NCBI GenBank assembly: GCA_965202585.1
Contig: OZ241828.1
Span: 28,210,001 to 28,274,000 of the forward strand
From: Thalia democratica
Taxonomy: Eukaryota
Reading direction: 5' to 3'
Length of the DNA stretch: 64,000 bases
Shown one piece after another: positions 51,225-64,000 of the stretch. The notes below the pieces were generated by a model. That model was not told the DNA's origin and did not search any database. It saw only the letters and a list, made by a program, of their open reading frames with translations. The translations under genes were made by a program, and so were the position numbers. The first letter of the stretch is position 1; each line of letters begins with the position of its first letter.

Positions 51225-52914
51225 TTAACTGCAATAGATTAAAATGTTATTAATCAAGTGCCCCAAGTTTCCTCGCCAACCCTTTTCATTCATCATGTAT
51301 TCAAGATTATGATGCAAAATTATTTGAATTTTGGTTTAAATGTAAACTGACTTTTAATAGCACATAAAAATGAAAAAGTTGTTTTAGTTCTACAATTAAA
51401 ACACACCAGTAGACATTACTACTTAATAAATCTTAAACATGTATAAAAAAAATTTAATAAATATGTCTTTGAAGTTTTTCGTCAGATAACAGCTGTTGAT
51501 ACATAAACTTTTAATGTGTCGATTTTGAACGTGTCCGCTAGTAATATACGCACAATAGTAGCATTTGATAATTTTTTCAATTAAAGTTTTCAGAAGAATG
51601 GTTTTGGTCGTACTACCTTGAAGGCTTTCCATTTTTTTACACTTTATATTGCATAAGTATGGTTGTTATATTATTTTATTAAATCTAACTAAAGCCATTG
51701 TTATTATATTAGTATAAAACTGTAACATGATTAAAATTGCAACCAAATGCCTCTAATGGTAAAAGTATTTTGACACAAAATGAGTGTTTAGATTTCAGTT
51801 TGTATATATATAAGAGTACTAATGATAAAAAGAAAGTCAAATATATTTTGATTACAGTGTCTAGTAAATTTTAAAACCACTTGAAAAAGTAAAATTAAAA
51901 CTCATTTCCAGATGTTTTATAATTAATAGTTATTAAATTAAAGATAATATTTAGTATATTTAGTATTTACATTATTTTATTTTTTTTAAATGTAATATAA
52001 TTTTTTAACAATTTTTGCTAATCTTTAAAAACAATAATTTTTATAAAATGTAAGTCATATAACTTTAATTAAAATGTTTTTCAAAAGATTCCAAAATTAA
52101 AAGTTTTAAACTTATTTAAAAAAAAACAGTTTGAAATCATATTTACTCATTTAACATTCTGTAAACTCAAAATATATGTAAAATTTTTATTGATATTATG
52201 AAACATTTTTTTTTTTTCTAATAGTAAAGAACATGATGAAAAAGTTTTCAAATCAAAAAAAAAATTGCCTGCAGACTTGTTAAAAAATGTCTAACTAGGC
52301 CAAGTAACATTGAAAACTTATTCCATTAATCGGTATGAAAATTGTGTTATACACATATTCATTTCCGTCCTGGACAAGACATTAAAAGTATCCAAGTGGT
52401 GTGCAACTCGATAACCGAAAGGTTTTTTCGTTCACCAGGTGCTAGGACCAAATAGTTTGAGCGCTTTTTTGGTCGTTCTATAACTTTAAGAATCCGAGAA
52501 ATATTATATAACGACTTTGGTAAACGTAAATTTATCGAAAATTTTTGTTTTATTAGTGTTACATAAAACCATACTGCAAGTTCATGTTTTATAGGTAAGT
52601 ATGGTTTTAGTTTTTATTTATACTTAGTCAGCAATTCTAAGAAAAAATCGTCAACCTCATATAACTTAAGACGATTTCAAAACGACTTACAAGAGTGGTA
52701 AACTAGAAAATTCTGTAATTTATATTTTAAAAACAAAACGGAATAAAAAAGCCTTTTTCTACTGATAAAAATTTAGTTATGGTAAAACATTCAGTGGGTG
52801 ATTTAAAATTTAAACTGTTTTTTTTTTATTTATTGAGGGTTTACTTTACTTTTATTTTATTCTGATTTTTAATGCTAACTAATTTAATATACATGATACT
52901 TACCGCGAGGTAGC

Positions 52915-53402
52915 ACTTTACTATCATTGTTACCCCTAACCTTTACCCTCGGTCGGTAACTTTTTTTTTTCGTTTTTAATTATCTTTTTATTTTTATATC
53001 ACTGTTACCCCTAACCCTTACCCTCCGTGATTATTTTTTTGATTTTTTAATTAAAATGCATTTTTATTTATTTATTTTATTTTACTATTACTGTTACTTT
53101 TTACCCTTACCCTCGGTCAGTAACTTTTTTTCTTTTTTGATTTTTTTTTATTTATCCCTTAGTCTTTTTTCCTGTTTTACAAATACTTTTATTCTTATTT
53201 TTTTTTACTCTCGTGCAAAAATGTAATACTTGCAAAATTTTCCCTTGGTGTATAATTGTCTTCGTGCAATTTTGTGCCCTCGTGCAAATTTTTCTTCATG
53301 CAAAACTATCTTTGAGCAATTTTATCTTCGTGCAATTTAGTCCCATCGTACAGTTTAGTAACCTCGTGCAACTTTGTCGTCGTGCAATTTTGACCGGTTC
53401 CC
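52915..53402. mobile_element. Second copy of the CGTGCAA-repeat element, with an expanded ttacccctaacc-taccctcgg block
   Basis: Homologous to 27940-28260; the taccctc(g/c)g block occurs three times here versus once in the first copy. Confidence 0.4.
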
Positions 53403-53880
53403 ACCTTAACAACCATGATAATCCTCTTGATGATCGTAGTTTCCTTACCATTCTTGGTCATTCTCTTGACACTAATAATTTCCTTACCAACCCTTAACAT
53501 CCTCTTGATGATCACAGTTACCTTAACAACTTTGGTCATTTAGTTGTTTTACAGAGTTTCCATAGCAGCCCTGGTTATTCTCTGAGCGTTCATACATTCC
53601 ATATCAACCATGGTTGTCTTCTTGATTTTCATAGTTACCTTAACAACTTTTCTCGTCTTCTTGATTATCGTAGTTACTTTAACAACCTAGGTAATCCTCT
53701 TTGTCATCATAGTTACCTTAGTAACCCTGATCATACCCTGATGATCATAGTTACCTTAGCAAACCTGACCATTCTCTTGGTGCACATAGTTTTTATATTA
53801 ACCTTGTTCAACTTTTGGTGCACAAAATTTACTTACAAACCCTGGTCTTCCTTTTTGGTGCGAATATCTTTTTACCAACC
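53403..53880 (-). repeat. 39-bp minisatellite array 8, inverted (duplicate of array 4)
   Basis: Reverse-complement consensus; same flanks as array 4. Confidence 0.9.
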
Positions 53881-56800
53881 GTATTAATCCATTATATATT
53901 GAAGATTAAAAAAATCTCAGATTTTGTTTAAAATGTAAACTAAGTTTCTATAGCACATAAATAAAAAAGTTATTTTAGTTCTACAATTAAAACAACCTAA
54001 AGGTTTTAGAATTTAATAAAATTTAAACAAGTATACAAAAAAATATTTAATATGTATTTGAAGTTGTTCGTGAGGTAATAGCTGTTGATAGATAAATATA
54101 CACACAAAAGTAATACCGTTTGATAATTTTTACGAGTAAAGTATTTTGAAGAAATACTTTTATAATGTTGCCGGAAAGGCATTCCATTTATTTACACTTA
54201 AAATTTGCACAAAATATATTCGTTTTATTAATTTAACAAGACTAACTAAAACCGTTATAAGTAAGTAAAATTAAAACTTCGACACGATTAGAATCGCAAT
54301 CAAACACCTATAGTGGTTAAAGTAGTTTCAAACAAAATAAGTTTTTAAATTTTAGTTTGTATATAACCGCTATTATGATAATAAAAACAAAATCAAACAT
54401 GTATTGTTTACAAAATCTAGTGAATTTAAATACCACTTAAATAGTGGTGAAGCACTAACTCATTAAATCAAAAATTATAAATAAAATAAAACCTTTTATA
54501 TAAAGTTAATGAAACTATTTTATACACTTAACGTTTAAATGATAAAATATAAAGTAATTTAATATATTTTATTAACATTATTTTCATTACTTTTTAATCT
54601 ATCAAACAATAAATTTTATATAATGTTAGTCATGTAAAATTTTATATAACTTTAAGTTAAATGTTTCTTAAAATGCTTCCAAAACTAAAAGTTTGACATT
54701 TTTATTGTTTTAAAAACAATCTTTTCGATACTATCACTTTAAACAAACATATTGTATTTAGATTTATTAGCAGAAATATTTAGATCTTTATTCTAATATT
54801 AATAAAGTTAAGATAATTTGTTCATGCACACTTTAGAAATACATAAGAAAATACAACACTGCTTTTAGTCAATCGAAGTTTAAATTCTTTACGAAGTGGT
54901 TTTAAAATAAAATATATAAATAATAAAGTTGTATTAGTTCTACAATTAAAACACATCAGTAGGTTTTACTGTAAAAATATAGTTTTTGAAAGAAACTACT
55001 TAAAATTTAACGTTTCTCAATATAAATTTACTATACAATTTTTTCTTAAGAATATTACTATTTATAAGAAGTACATAAAAGTAATAAAAGTGTATTTTCA
55101 GTTGCTAATTATTCATTATATTCTAGCTAATCTATACACTAAGTCCATTATTAATAGACTAAAACTGAAACTTTTGTATAGTTTGGAGTTGCAATAAAAT
55201 GTCCCTAGTGTCTATAGTTGAGCAAAAAAAAATTAACTAGTTTTTAGTTCATATTTATATTTATTCAGTGTTGAAAAATCTTAATTGAAATTTTGTGGTC
55301 ACAGTACCTGTGTAATTTTATAAGGCACTGAATAAAACATTACTGAATAAAGCATTACTAGAATTTTCGGTTTAGATTTAAACATAACTAATCATTAAAG
55401 TTAAAGTTTTCTATAAAATATTTTGATAAAAAAATTATGTTTTTAAACTTTTTGATCACAATTTGTACTTATGTTAGCCATTAACAATAGCTAAATAAAG
55501 TTAAACATTTTATAAAGTTTTTTTAAACAAGCCACGACTGAAACTACAAATACTTATTCAATTTGTAAAACACTTAAAAGTTGATGGTAATAAATCACTG
55601 ATTTTTATAAGACCTTTTCTTTCTTTTGGTCCACTAATTTAGCATGAAAAATTTAATTAGTTCTAACTTACTTTCTTAAAAGTTTCTTAGCTACTAATAC
55701 TATAAACAAATATACTGCATTTAGATTCATTAAGTGAAACATTTAGAACTTTGTTCTATATAAATAAAGTTAAAATGATTATGTTTATGTCAACTTTAAA
55801 AGTAAATAAAAAAATAAAACATTGGTTTTAGTCAATTAGAGCTTAAATTCTTCTCAAAGTAACTACAATAGAATATTAAAACAAAGTTTTTGTAAGAAAC
55901 TACTGAATTTTTAACGTTTCTCAACAAAAATTTACTACTTAAAATAGTTGTTTATAATTCTACTATCAGTAAGAATTACAAGTAACCAAAGTTGGTTTTT
56001 CTTGCTAATAGTTAATTGTATTTGAGCTGACTACTAATCTAGAATAAAACTAAGTCCATTCATAAGTGACTAAAACAAAATTTTTGGCATAGTTAAGAGC
56101 TGAAATGAAATGCCTCTAGTGTCTATAGTTGCACAGAAAATATTTGACTATAATTCTAGTTCATATTCATATTTATCAGTATTTACAAGTTTTTAGTTAA
56201 ATGTGTAGAGAAGACAGTATCTGTGTAATTTTAAAACCACTTATAAAGTGGTAAACTAAAAATTCATTTAATTAAAAATTTCGAAACTGACAATTATAAA
56301 AAAAAACGTGCTCTAATAATAAAAAATATCAATATAAAACATTCAGTGGGTGAAAACGCCTCTAGTGTCAGTAGTTGCATACAAAATAATTAAGTACAAT
56401 TTTAGTTTATATTCATATTTAGTAAGTATTTACAGATTTAACTTTGATTATGTCATTTTCAACCTGTGTAATTTTTGAAAGCACTTGAAAAATTGATGAA
56501 ATAGAAAACCATGAAATTCAATAATTAGAAAAAGAATGGAAATAAATAAGTCTTTTTCTATCAATGATAATTGTATACTAGTAAAATGTTTTATTAGGTG
56601 ATTTAGTGTTATAGCTATTTTTTTATTGAAGTAAAACTAGTCATTACTTTTATTTCAATCTGATGTTTAACGTTGTCTACGTTAATATATATGATACTTA
56701 CGGAGAGGTAACACTAAGAAAAATAGTAAAAGTTTAGACTTTGGTTTTACACAATAGTAATATAGGTTTTAATAAAAGTCATTTAACAGTTTAAAGTAAC

Positions 56801-58669
56801 TATTGAACCATTTACTTAACTTTTTATAACAAAGTTTGTTAAAAAGTATTACAAACTAATGTTTTCATAGTTTTTGCAAATAAGTTTTGCTTTTAAATTT
56901 TACACCTTGTGCAACAGATTTTATGGCAAACTAGTTCACAATTTATAACTATAAACCAATTACTTATAAAAGTCAAGCGTGGTTTCCAATACAGTGTTCG
57001 AACTTTTTAATTTCTGATTATTTTTAAACTAATTAAGTTCTGTTGTTAAAATACTTTTTATAGCACAAAATGTTTTTTTAGTTAATTTTTACAGTTTTAA
57101 ATAAAATATTTAAAGTTAGTACTTAATTTGACTTATCTAGGTAAGCTTAAATATTGAGTTTTATTTTTGTTCTGCTAAAGAGTACAAATTACAAGTTTGA
57201 TTATATGATAAAATAAAATTTTATAAAAAAACGTTTGTATATATTAAATTTGCAGTGATTTTAGTGTGCTATATGTAGTGATTTAGCTTAAACAAAGCAT
57301 TATTAGTAATAAAATTATTATGATTATCTTTTTATTATAATGTTAATTTTAAGTGATATGTCTAATTATGTTTTGGAACAATTTTAAATACTTACTGTAT
57401 TATCAACTATATCACTTATACCAATCAAATTAACAGAAACAAGCTTTAATTAAAATCGGTAAGAATTCTACTAACTTCAGTTTTATAGAATACTTACCAA
57501 AACATTACCAACACCTTTTGTTTAGATTTAAACATAACTAATCATTTAAGTTAAAGTTTTCTATAAAAAACATTGTTATAAGTTTTTTTGTTTTAAATTT
57601 GTTGATCACAATTTGTACTTATGTTAGCCATTAAAAAAGGACTAAATATAGTTAAAAATTTTAAAGCGTATTGTTTTAAGAGCCACAACTGGAACTGCAA
57701 ATACTTATTCAATATTTTTTTGCAGTTGTACAACTGTTCGCAGTTGTAAAGCATTCAGAAGTGGATGGTAATAAACCACAAATTTCTGTAAAATATTTTC
57801 TTTATTTTGGTGCATTGATCTAGCATGAAAAATATGATTGGTCTTTAACTTATTTTACTGATATTTCCTTAGATACTGTTACATTAAAAATTATATTTTA
57901 TTTAGAATTATTAAGTGATATCTTTAGAATTTTATTCTATATAAACAAAATTAAAATGATTTGATTATGTACACTTTAAAATTACGTAAGAAATCAAACC
58001 ACTGCTTTTAGTCAACCGGAGCTTAAACTCATCTTAAATTTATTATAATAAAATATAGAAATATAGTTTTTGAAGGAAACTATAAAAATTTCAACGTTTT
58101 TCAAGAAAAACATACTGCTTAAAATTGTTATTCATAAATTTTATTATTAATAAAAACTTCATAAAAAAAAAACCGAAGTTTATTTTTATCGGTTAGTAGT
58201 TCAGGTTAGTAGTAGCTGACTACTAATCTATACAATAAGTCCATCAAAAAATTTACTAAAGCTAAAACTTTGGCATAGTTAAAAGCTGCAATGAAATGTC
58301 TCTAGTGTCTGCAGTTGTGCAGAAAATAATTGACTAAAATTTTAGTTCAAGATCATTTTTAGTCAGCATTTACAAAATCAAAATTCAAATTTTCGTGGTC
58401 ACAGTACCTGTGTAATTTTAATACCACTTATAAAAGTGGTAAAATGGAAACTCATTTCATCAAATAAACAGAAAACTGAAAATGATAAAAATCTATTTTT
58501 TACTGATTATAAATAAACCAACTAGATTAAACACTCAGTTAGTGATTTTGTTTTTTAGACTGCTATTTGTTTTTTTTTTAATTTGAAGGTGAAAATAGTC
58601 TTTGCTTTTGCATTTTGTTGATGTTTGGTGAAATAACAGTAACCTGCTGCTTTCATTTTATAACACAGT

Positions 58670-59285
58670 TGATCAGGTAACTATAATCACCAAGAAGTCA
58701 TATTATTTGTTAAAGTAACAATTATCACCAAGAGAATGATCAAGCTTGTTATGGTAACTATGATCACCAAGAGAATGGTCAGTTTGTTAAGGTAACTATG
58801 ATCATCAAAAGAGGAGTCATATTGTTTGTTAAGGTAACTATGATCATCAGAAGAGTCATATTGTTTGTTAAGGTAAAAATGATCATCGAGCGTATGATCA
58901 GGGTTGTTAACATAACAATGATCAACAAGAGAATGATAAGGGTTGTTAAGGTGACTATTATCACCAAGAGAATGATCAGGGTTGTTAAGGTAGCTATCAT
59001 CATCAAGAGAATGATCATGGTCGTTAAGGTAACAATGATCATCGAGAGATTCTTTAGGTTTGTTGAGGTAACTATGATCTTTAAGAGAATGATAAGTTTG
59101 TTAAGGTAACTATATATCCAACAGAAGGACCAGGGTTGTTAAGGTAACTATAAACATCAAGAAGATTATCAGGAATTTTAAGTTAACTAAGATCTTCAAA
59201 AGGATGACCAATCTTGTTAAGGAAAGTATGATCATTAAGAGGATTACCAAGGGTGGTAAAAAACTATGAGCACTCAGAGAATTTT
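58670..59285 (+). repeat. 39-bp minisatellite array 9 (duplicate of array 5)
   Basis: Same variant units as array 5 plus extra units. Confidence 0.9.
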
Positions 59286-62200
59286 CTATTTTACCACTTT
59301 TACAAGTGGTTTTAAAGTTTGCAGAAATTGCAGTCAAATTAAATCTAACTTAAGTCTTTATATTTAAGATCAATTATATAAATACATAAACTTTACACTT
59401 ATTTTATTTGCAATTATTTATGTCGTTAGAGGCGTTTGATCACTACTCTTAAGCAGTTTTTGTAAAGTTAGAAATGTTAGCATAAGTAGTTTTTTTTACG
59501 CTGTACCACTATGCTGCGGTTAACGGTAGAGAGTTGATTCCTTTTGTTCTCTTCTCTCAAATTATTTTATTTTGTAACCAGTAAATGCATTTGAAGATGA
59601 CTTTTTTGGCTTTTTCTGTCGAGGTTCCTTTTTGTTTTTGCTTTAGTTTTGGGTTTTTTTTTTATATGCAAGCATGAATTTTTTGTTAAACATCATTACT
59701 AGCGTAACGATAACAATCGTTTTTAAATTAAGTTGTTTAGCTCAAGTATTATATTTTATATTATTGAGCTAGTATAGTTTGTTGTATTTTTTTGCACATT
59801 AATCATTGTAAATAATATAGGTTATTTACGGCCTTATAAAGCTACTTTAATTAAACAATAGTATAAGTTCAATTAACTCTTATAAACCTACTATATTAAT
59901 TAGCTAAGTCAGTCTAAACATTAGCTTAAGAATGAACTTCGTATTTAATTATATACTAGCGCGTTATAGTCAGTAGCCGTCAGGCTAGCGTTACATATAT
60001 AACTAAGCATTTATCTTAAGACGGTTTAACGCTAGTAAAATAACTAGAAGTTACGCAATTCTATTCTATCAATGGCTTCAAGTTTACACTAAAAAAGCTA
60101 TTTCATTAACTTTTTTTATGAAAATAAGTTATATTGTGTTGATCCATACAGTTTAGTTAATATTATATGGTTAACTAAATTTTTCATTTTACTGGTTTAC
60201 TACTATATCTATCGTGATTATTTCCAACCCGATCATATCGAATTCAATTGTTTTTATCCCGATCAGTAAAAATGCTATTATTTTTAGCCAAAACAAAAAC
60301 TGCTTAAGACTTATAGTTAAACGCCCCTAGTGATACAACTAATTGCACACAAAATAAATTTTAATTTGTATATTTTTATTCATTAGTATAAATTATTAAG
60401 TTCAATTCGATTTAACTGCAATATATTCAAATGCTATTATCATCATATTATTAAACAATAACATTAAACATATTTATATTACTGCTAAGTTTTTTTTTAT
60501 TAGTAGTAAAATTAATATGTTTAATGTTAACTAAACACTGTGTATGATAAAATTAAAACTAGAGTACGATTGCTATTTCCTTAAAAGTCTAACTAAGTAT
60601 TTTTAAATAAATTAAATACATTATCTGCTTTTATTAATTGTCACTAAAAGTTATCATTAAACTTTCTTAAATATATTATGATAGTCTTTTAAAGCAGTTA
60701 GTAGTGGTATCTAAGTCAAACGTGTGATTATTTTTTTTTCAGTTTATTAAAGTTGCGCTAATGTGTTTATTACAAAAAATATATTTTATAGTATGTTCAC
60801 TCACTTGTTATTTTGATATTTTTTAACTTATTTTTTGTTTGATTTGGCTGTAAGGTGTGTTTTTGAGTCAATGAGTTGTTGCTGTTTAATGATATGAAGA
60901 AAGATCAGTCCTTGTTGTTTGTAACTATATAAGAAACAACCCCAGTCAATTTTCAGTGCCCCAAGTTTCCTCATCGAACCTTTTCATTCATTATATATTC
61001 AAAATTATGAAGCAAAATTATTTGAATTAGTTAAATTGTATACTGACTTTTAATAGCATATAAAAAAATGTTTTAGTTCTTCAATTGAAACAATCTAAAG
61101 GTTTTACAATTTAATAAAATTTAAACAAGCATACAAAAAAATAGTTAACATGTATTTGAATTTTTTTGTCAGGTAACAGCTATTGATAGATAAACTTATA
61201 ACATACGTATAGAAGTAAAATCATTTTATTATTTTTTTAAGTGAAGTTTTTTGAAGAAATGCTTTTTGTAGTATTGCCTAGAAGGCATTACATTTATTTA
61301 AAGTTTCATAAATCCTGTTTGTTTTATTATTTTATCAAATCTAACTAAAGCTTTTATTATTAACTAGAAATAAAACTGCAAAACTATTAAAATTGCAACC
61401 AAATGCCTCTAGTGGTAAAATTAGTTTGACACAAAATAAGATGTTTGTATATGTACAAATGAGAGCACTAGTGAAAGAAAGAAAGTCAAAATTTTTTTTG
61501 ATTACAGTATCTAGCAAATTTTAAAACCACTTGAAAAGTGGTAAAGCAAAGATTAGACTAAGAATGTATAAATAAAAAAAAAACATATTTTAAACTTTTT
61601 CACAATAAATAATTATTAAGTTGAATAAAAAAAATTATATCTTTAATATTTACATAATATAAAGATTTTTTTGAAATACTATATTTTATATTATCAATCG
61701 TATCTAAAGTTTAGAAACAATAAATTTTTTATAATTTAAGTCGTTACAAAATTCGTAAAAATTTTTATTAACTTTGTTTTTTAATTTTAAATTAAAAAAG
61801 TTTTCCTTTTATTTATTAAATTTTATGCATAGCACAAAATAACTGGTTGTTCACTACTTTTGGATATAAGAATCTGAAATATTTATTTATAAGTGTGACG
61901 TGAGTTTTATTACAGTTTGCAGTGTTTTTTAAGGCTGCTAGTTTTAAAACTAATTGAGTCCTGTTGTTAAAAAAACTTCTTATTTTTTATTATTTTATTG
62001 GTAGTTTTTTTTTACAGTCATAGATAGAATAATCTAAGTTAGTTCTTAATTAAACTTATCAAGTTAAACTTAAATGTTGAGTTTTAGTTTTGATATGCTA
62101 AAGAATATAAATTACAAGTTTAACTACACGATAAAATAAATTTTAAGAAAAACGTTTATATATATAAATTTGCAGTGAATTCAAATGTACAATATGTAGT

Positions 62201-64000
62201 GATTTAGCTTGATCAGATCAATATTAGTAATAAAACTTTTATGATACACTTTTTTTATTAATGTTGGCTTTAAGTGATCTCTATACTCATGCTTTGTATC
62301 AGCTTTAAAAATTTACTGCACCTTTAACTAAATCACTTATACTAATGTGATTAACTAAAATATATTTAAACGACAGTTGGTAAGAATTGTACTAACTTAG
62401 TTATAGAGTACTAACTAAAACATTACTAGCATTTTTGGTTTAGATTTAAACATAACTAATCATTTTGCTAAAGTTTTCTATAAAAGAGTTTGATAAAAAA
62501 AATTTGTTTTAAGGTTTTTTTCACAGTTTGTATTTATGTTAGCCATTAAGAATAACTAAATATAGTTAAACATTTTATAACGTTTTGTTAAACAAGCCAC
62601 GACTGAAACTACAAATACTTATTCAATTTGTAAAAAAATCAAAAAAGAATGGTAGTAAACCACTGATTTTTATAAGACCTTTTGTTTCTTTTGGTGCATT
62701 ATTTTATCATGAAAATTTTAATTAATCTTCAATTTACTTTGTTAAAATTTTCTTAACTACTAATACTTTAAACAAATATGTTGTATTTAGATTCATTATA
62801 TGAAACATTTAGAACGTTATTCTGTATTGTTAAAGTTTAAATTATTATGTTTATGTCAACTTAAAAAGTAAATAAAATTTTAAACACTCGTTTTAGTCAA
62901 AAAGAGCTTAAATTCTTCTCAAATAATTTCAACGAAATATTAAAATATAGTTTTTGTAAGAAACTACTAAGTTTTAAAGTTTCTCAAAAAAACTTTACAA
63001 CTTAAAATTGTTGTTGTTAATTCTATTATCAGTAAAAATTACAAGTGACTGAAGTTGATTTTTTGTTGCTAATAGATAATTATATTTGAGCTGACTACTT
63101 ATCTAGATTAAAACTAAGTCCATTATTAGTTGACTAAAACTAAAACTTTGGCATGGTTAAGAGCTGAAATGAAATGCCTCTAGTGGCTATAGTTGCGCAG
63201 CAAATAATTGACTAAAATTCTAGTTCATACTCATATCTAGTCAGTATTTACAAGTTTTAAGTTTAATTTGTCGAATAGACAGTATCTGTGAAATTTTAAA
63301 ACCATTTCTACCAGTGGTAAATTAGAAACTCATTTAATTAAATAAATTGAAAACTGATAATGATAAATAACCGTGTTCTAATAATAAAAAATATCAATTG
63401 TAAAGCATTCAGTGGGTGAAAACGCCTCTAGTGTCAGTTGTTGCATACAAAATAATTGAGTAAAATTTATGTTTATAAAATTTTAAGTAAGTATTTACAG
63501 ATTATATTTTGATTATGTAAGTTTCAACCTGTGTAAATTTTGAAAGCACTTTAAAAAGTGGTAAAATAGATAACCTTGAAATTAAACAATTAAAAAAGTA
63601 TGCTATATAAAAATACTTTTCTAAAATAATATTTTATACATAACAAAAAAAACATTGGGTGATTAAGTGTTATAGCTAATTTTTTTATTGAAATTTTTTA
63701 TATTTTATTATAGCCTTTACTTTTGTTTTATTCTGATGTTTAACTAAACCAAAAATATATAAATTTAAGATACAATTGGTTGAATCTGTACTAACTTGTT
63801 TATAGAATACTTACCAAGCATTACTAGCACTTTTGGTTTAGATTTAGACATAACTAATCATTTAAGTTAAAGTTTTATATAAAAAAATATTGTTATGTTT
63901 TTTTTGTTTTAAATTTTTTGATCACAATTTGTACGTATGTTAGCCATTAAAAAAATGAACTAAATATAGTTAAAAACTTTATAACGTTTTGTTTCAAGAG

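Larger units (their letters stand above)
9340..59437 (-). other. Dispersed bipartite A-B signal, minus-strand copies
   Basis: B then A on the plus strand at 9340-9484, 24559-24703, 33962-34106, 41235-41379, 47853-47996, 50036-50186 and 59293-59437. At 18988 box B is present but box A is deleted. Confidence 0.9.
10909..63562 (+). other. Dispersed bipartite A-B signal, plus-strand copies (function unknown)
   Basis: Box A AAAYGCCTCTAGTG to box B ACCACTT-N3/4-AAGTGGT: 10909-11054, 11918-12063, 20928-21080, 22711-22856, 22959-23100, 23388-23534, 26775-26925, 29087-29233, 30895-31039, 33081-33227, 36073-36225, 38113-38254, 40025-40171, 44305-44457, 46066-46212, 46744-46890, 56108-56252, 58294-58440, 61401-61542, 63172-63318, 63419-63562. 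Further degenerate copies start near 25604, 29983, 31138, 34986, 37863, 43200, 46314, 51745, 54302, 55198, 56354 and 60319. Confidence 0.9.
43332..64000 (+). repeat. Macro-unit copy 2 (runs off the window end)
   Basis: Collinear with copy 1. Has a ~2-kb gain at 49.3-51.3 kb and a ~760-bp deletion at 63744 (TAAC microhomology; copy-1 equivalent 38438-39200). Confidence 0.9.

Noticed and set aside
52930-53005. Telomere or telomerase RNA template (CCCTAACC)
   Set aside because: These are isolated motifs inside a repeat element; there is no (TTAGGG)n tract or supporting structure.
14100-59337. The many 60-144 aa I/V/T/M/K-rich or D/H/N-rich ORFs as real genes
   Set aside because: They are translations of the 39-bp repeat, whose consensus is open in three frames. 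They overlap on both strands and break every few hundred bases.

Overview
Very AT-rich eukaryotic (animal) genomic DNA. Hydra or a similar invertebrate is a guess from composition and intron style only. The only supportable protein-coding gene is a five-exon, minus-strand carbohydrate sulfotransferase (Sulfotransfer_2 / CHST-like) at about 1.4-6.8 kb. Exons 2-5 join in frame by hand; the exon 1-2 junction is unresolved. From about 9 kb to the end the window is a hierarchical non-coding repeat domain with four levels: (i) arrays of a 39-bp minisatellite, whose translation explains most of the ORF track; (ii) about 30 copies of a bipartite signal, box A (AAAYGCCTCTAGTG) plus box B (hairpin ACCACTT-N3/4-AAGTGGT), with a total span of about 142-153 bp that persists in otherwise diverged copies; (iii) 1.5-1.8 kb AT-rich body modules that end in this signal; (iv) a roughly 23-25 kb tandem segmental duplication. 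The A-B units are arranged non-randomly: convergent around the 39-bp arrays and back-to-back across a conserved 0.9-kb module. Also present are a hairpin-dense, GC-richer island at about 8.1-8.7 kb (candidate structured RNA), three tRNA-derived SINE-like copies, a hAT-like MITE, and a foldback element next to a 1.3-kb inverted duplication with a template-switch junction. Coordinates were read by eye and may be off by a few bases. No function is demonstrated for the repeat system.
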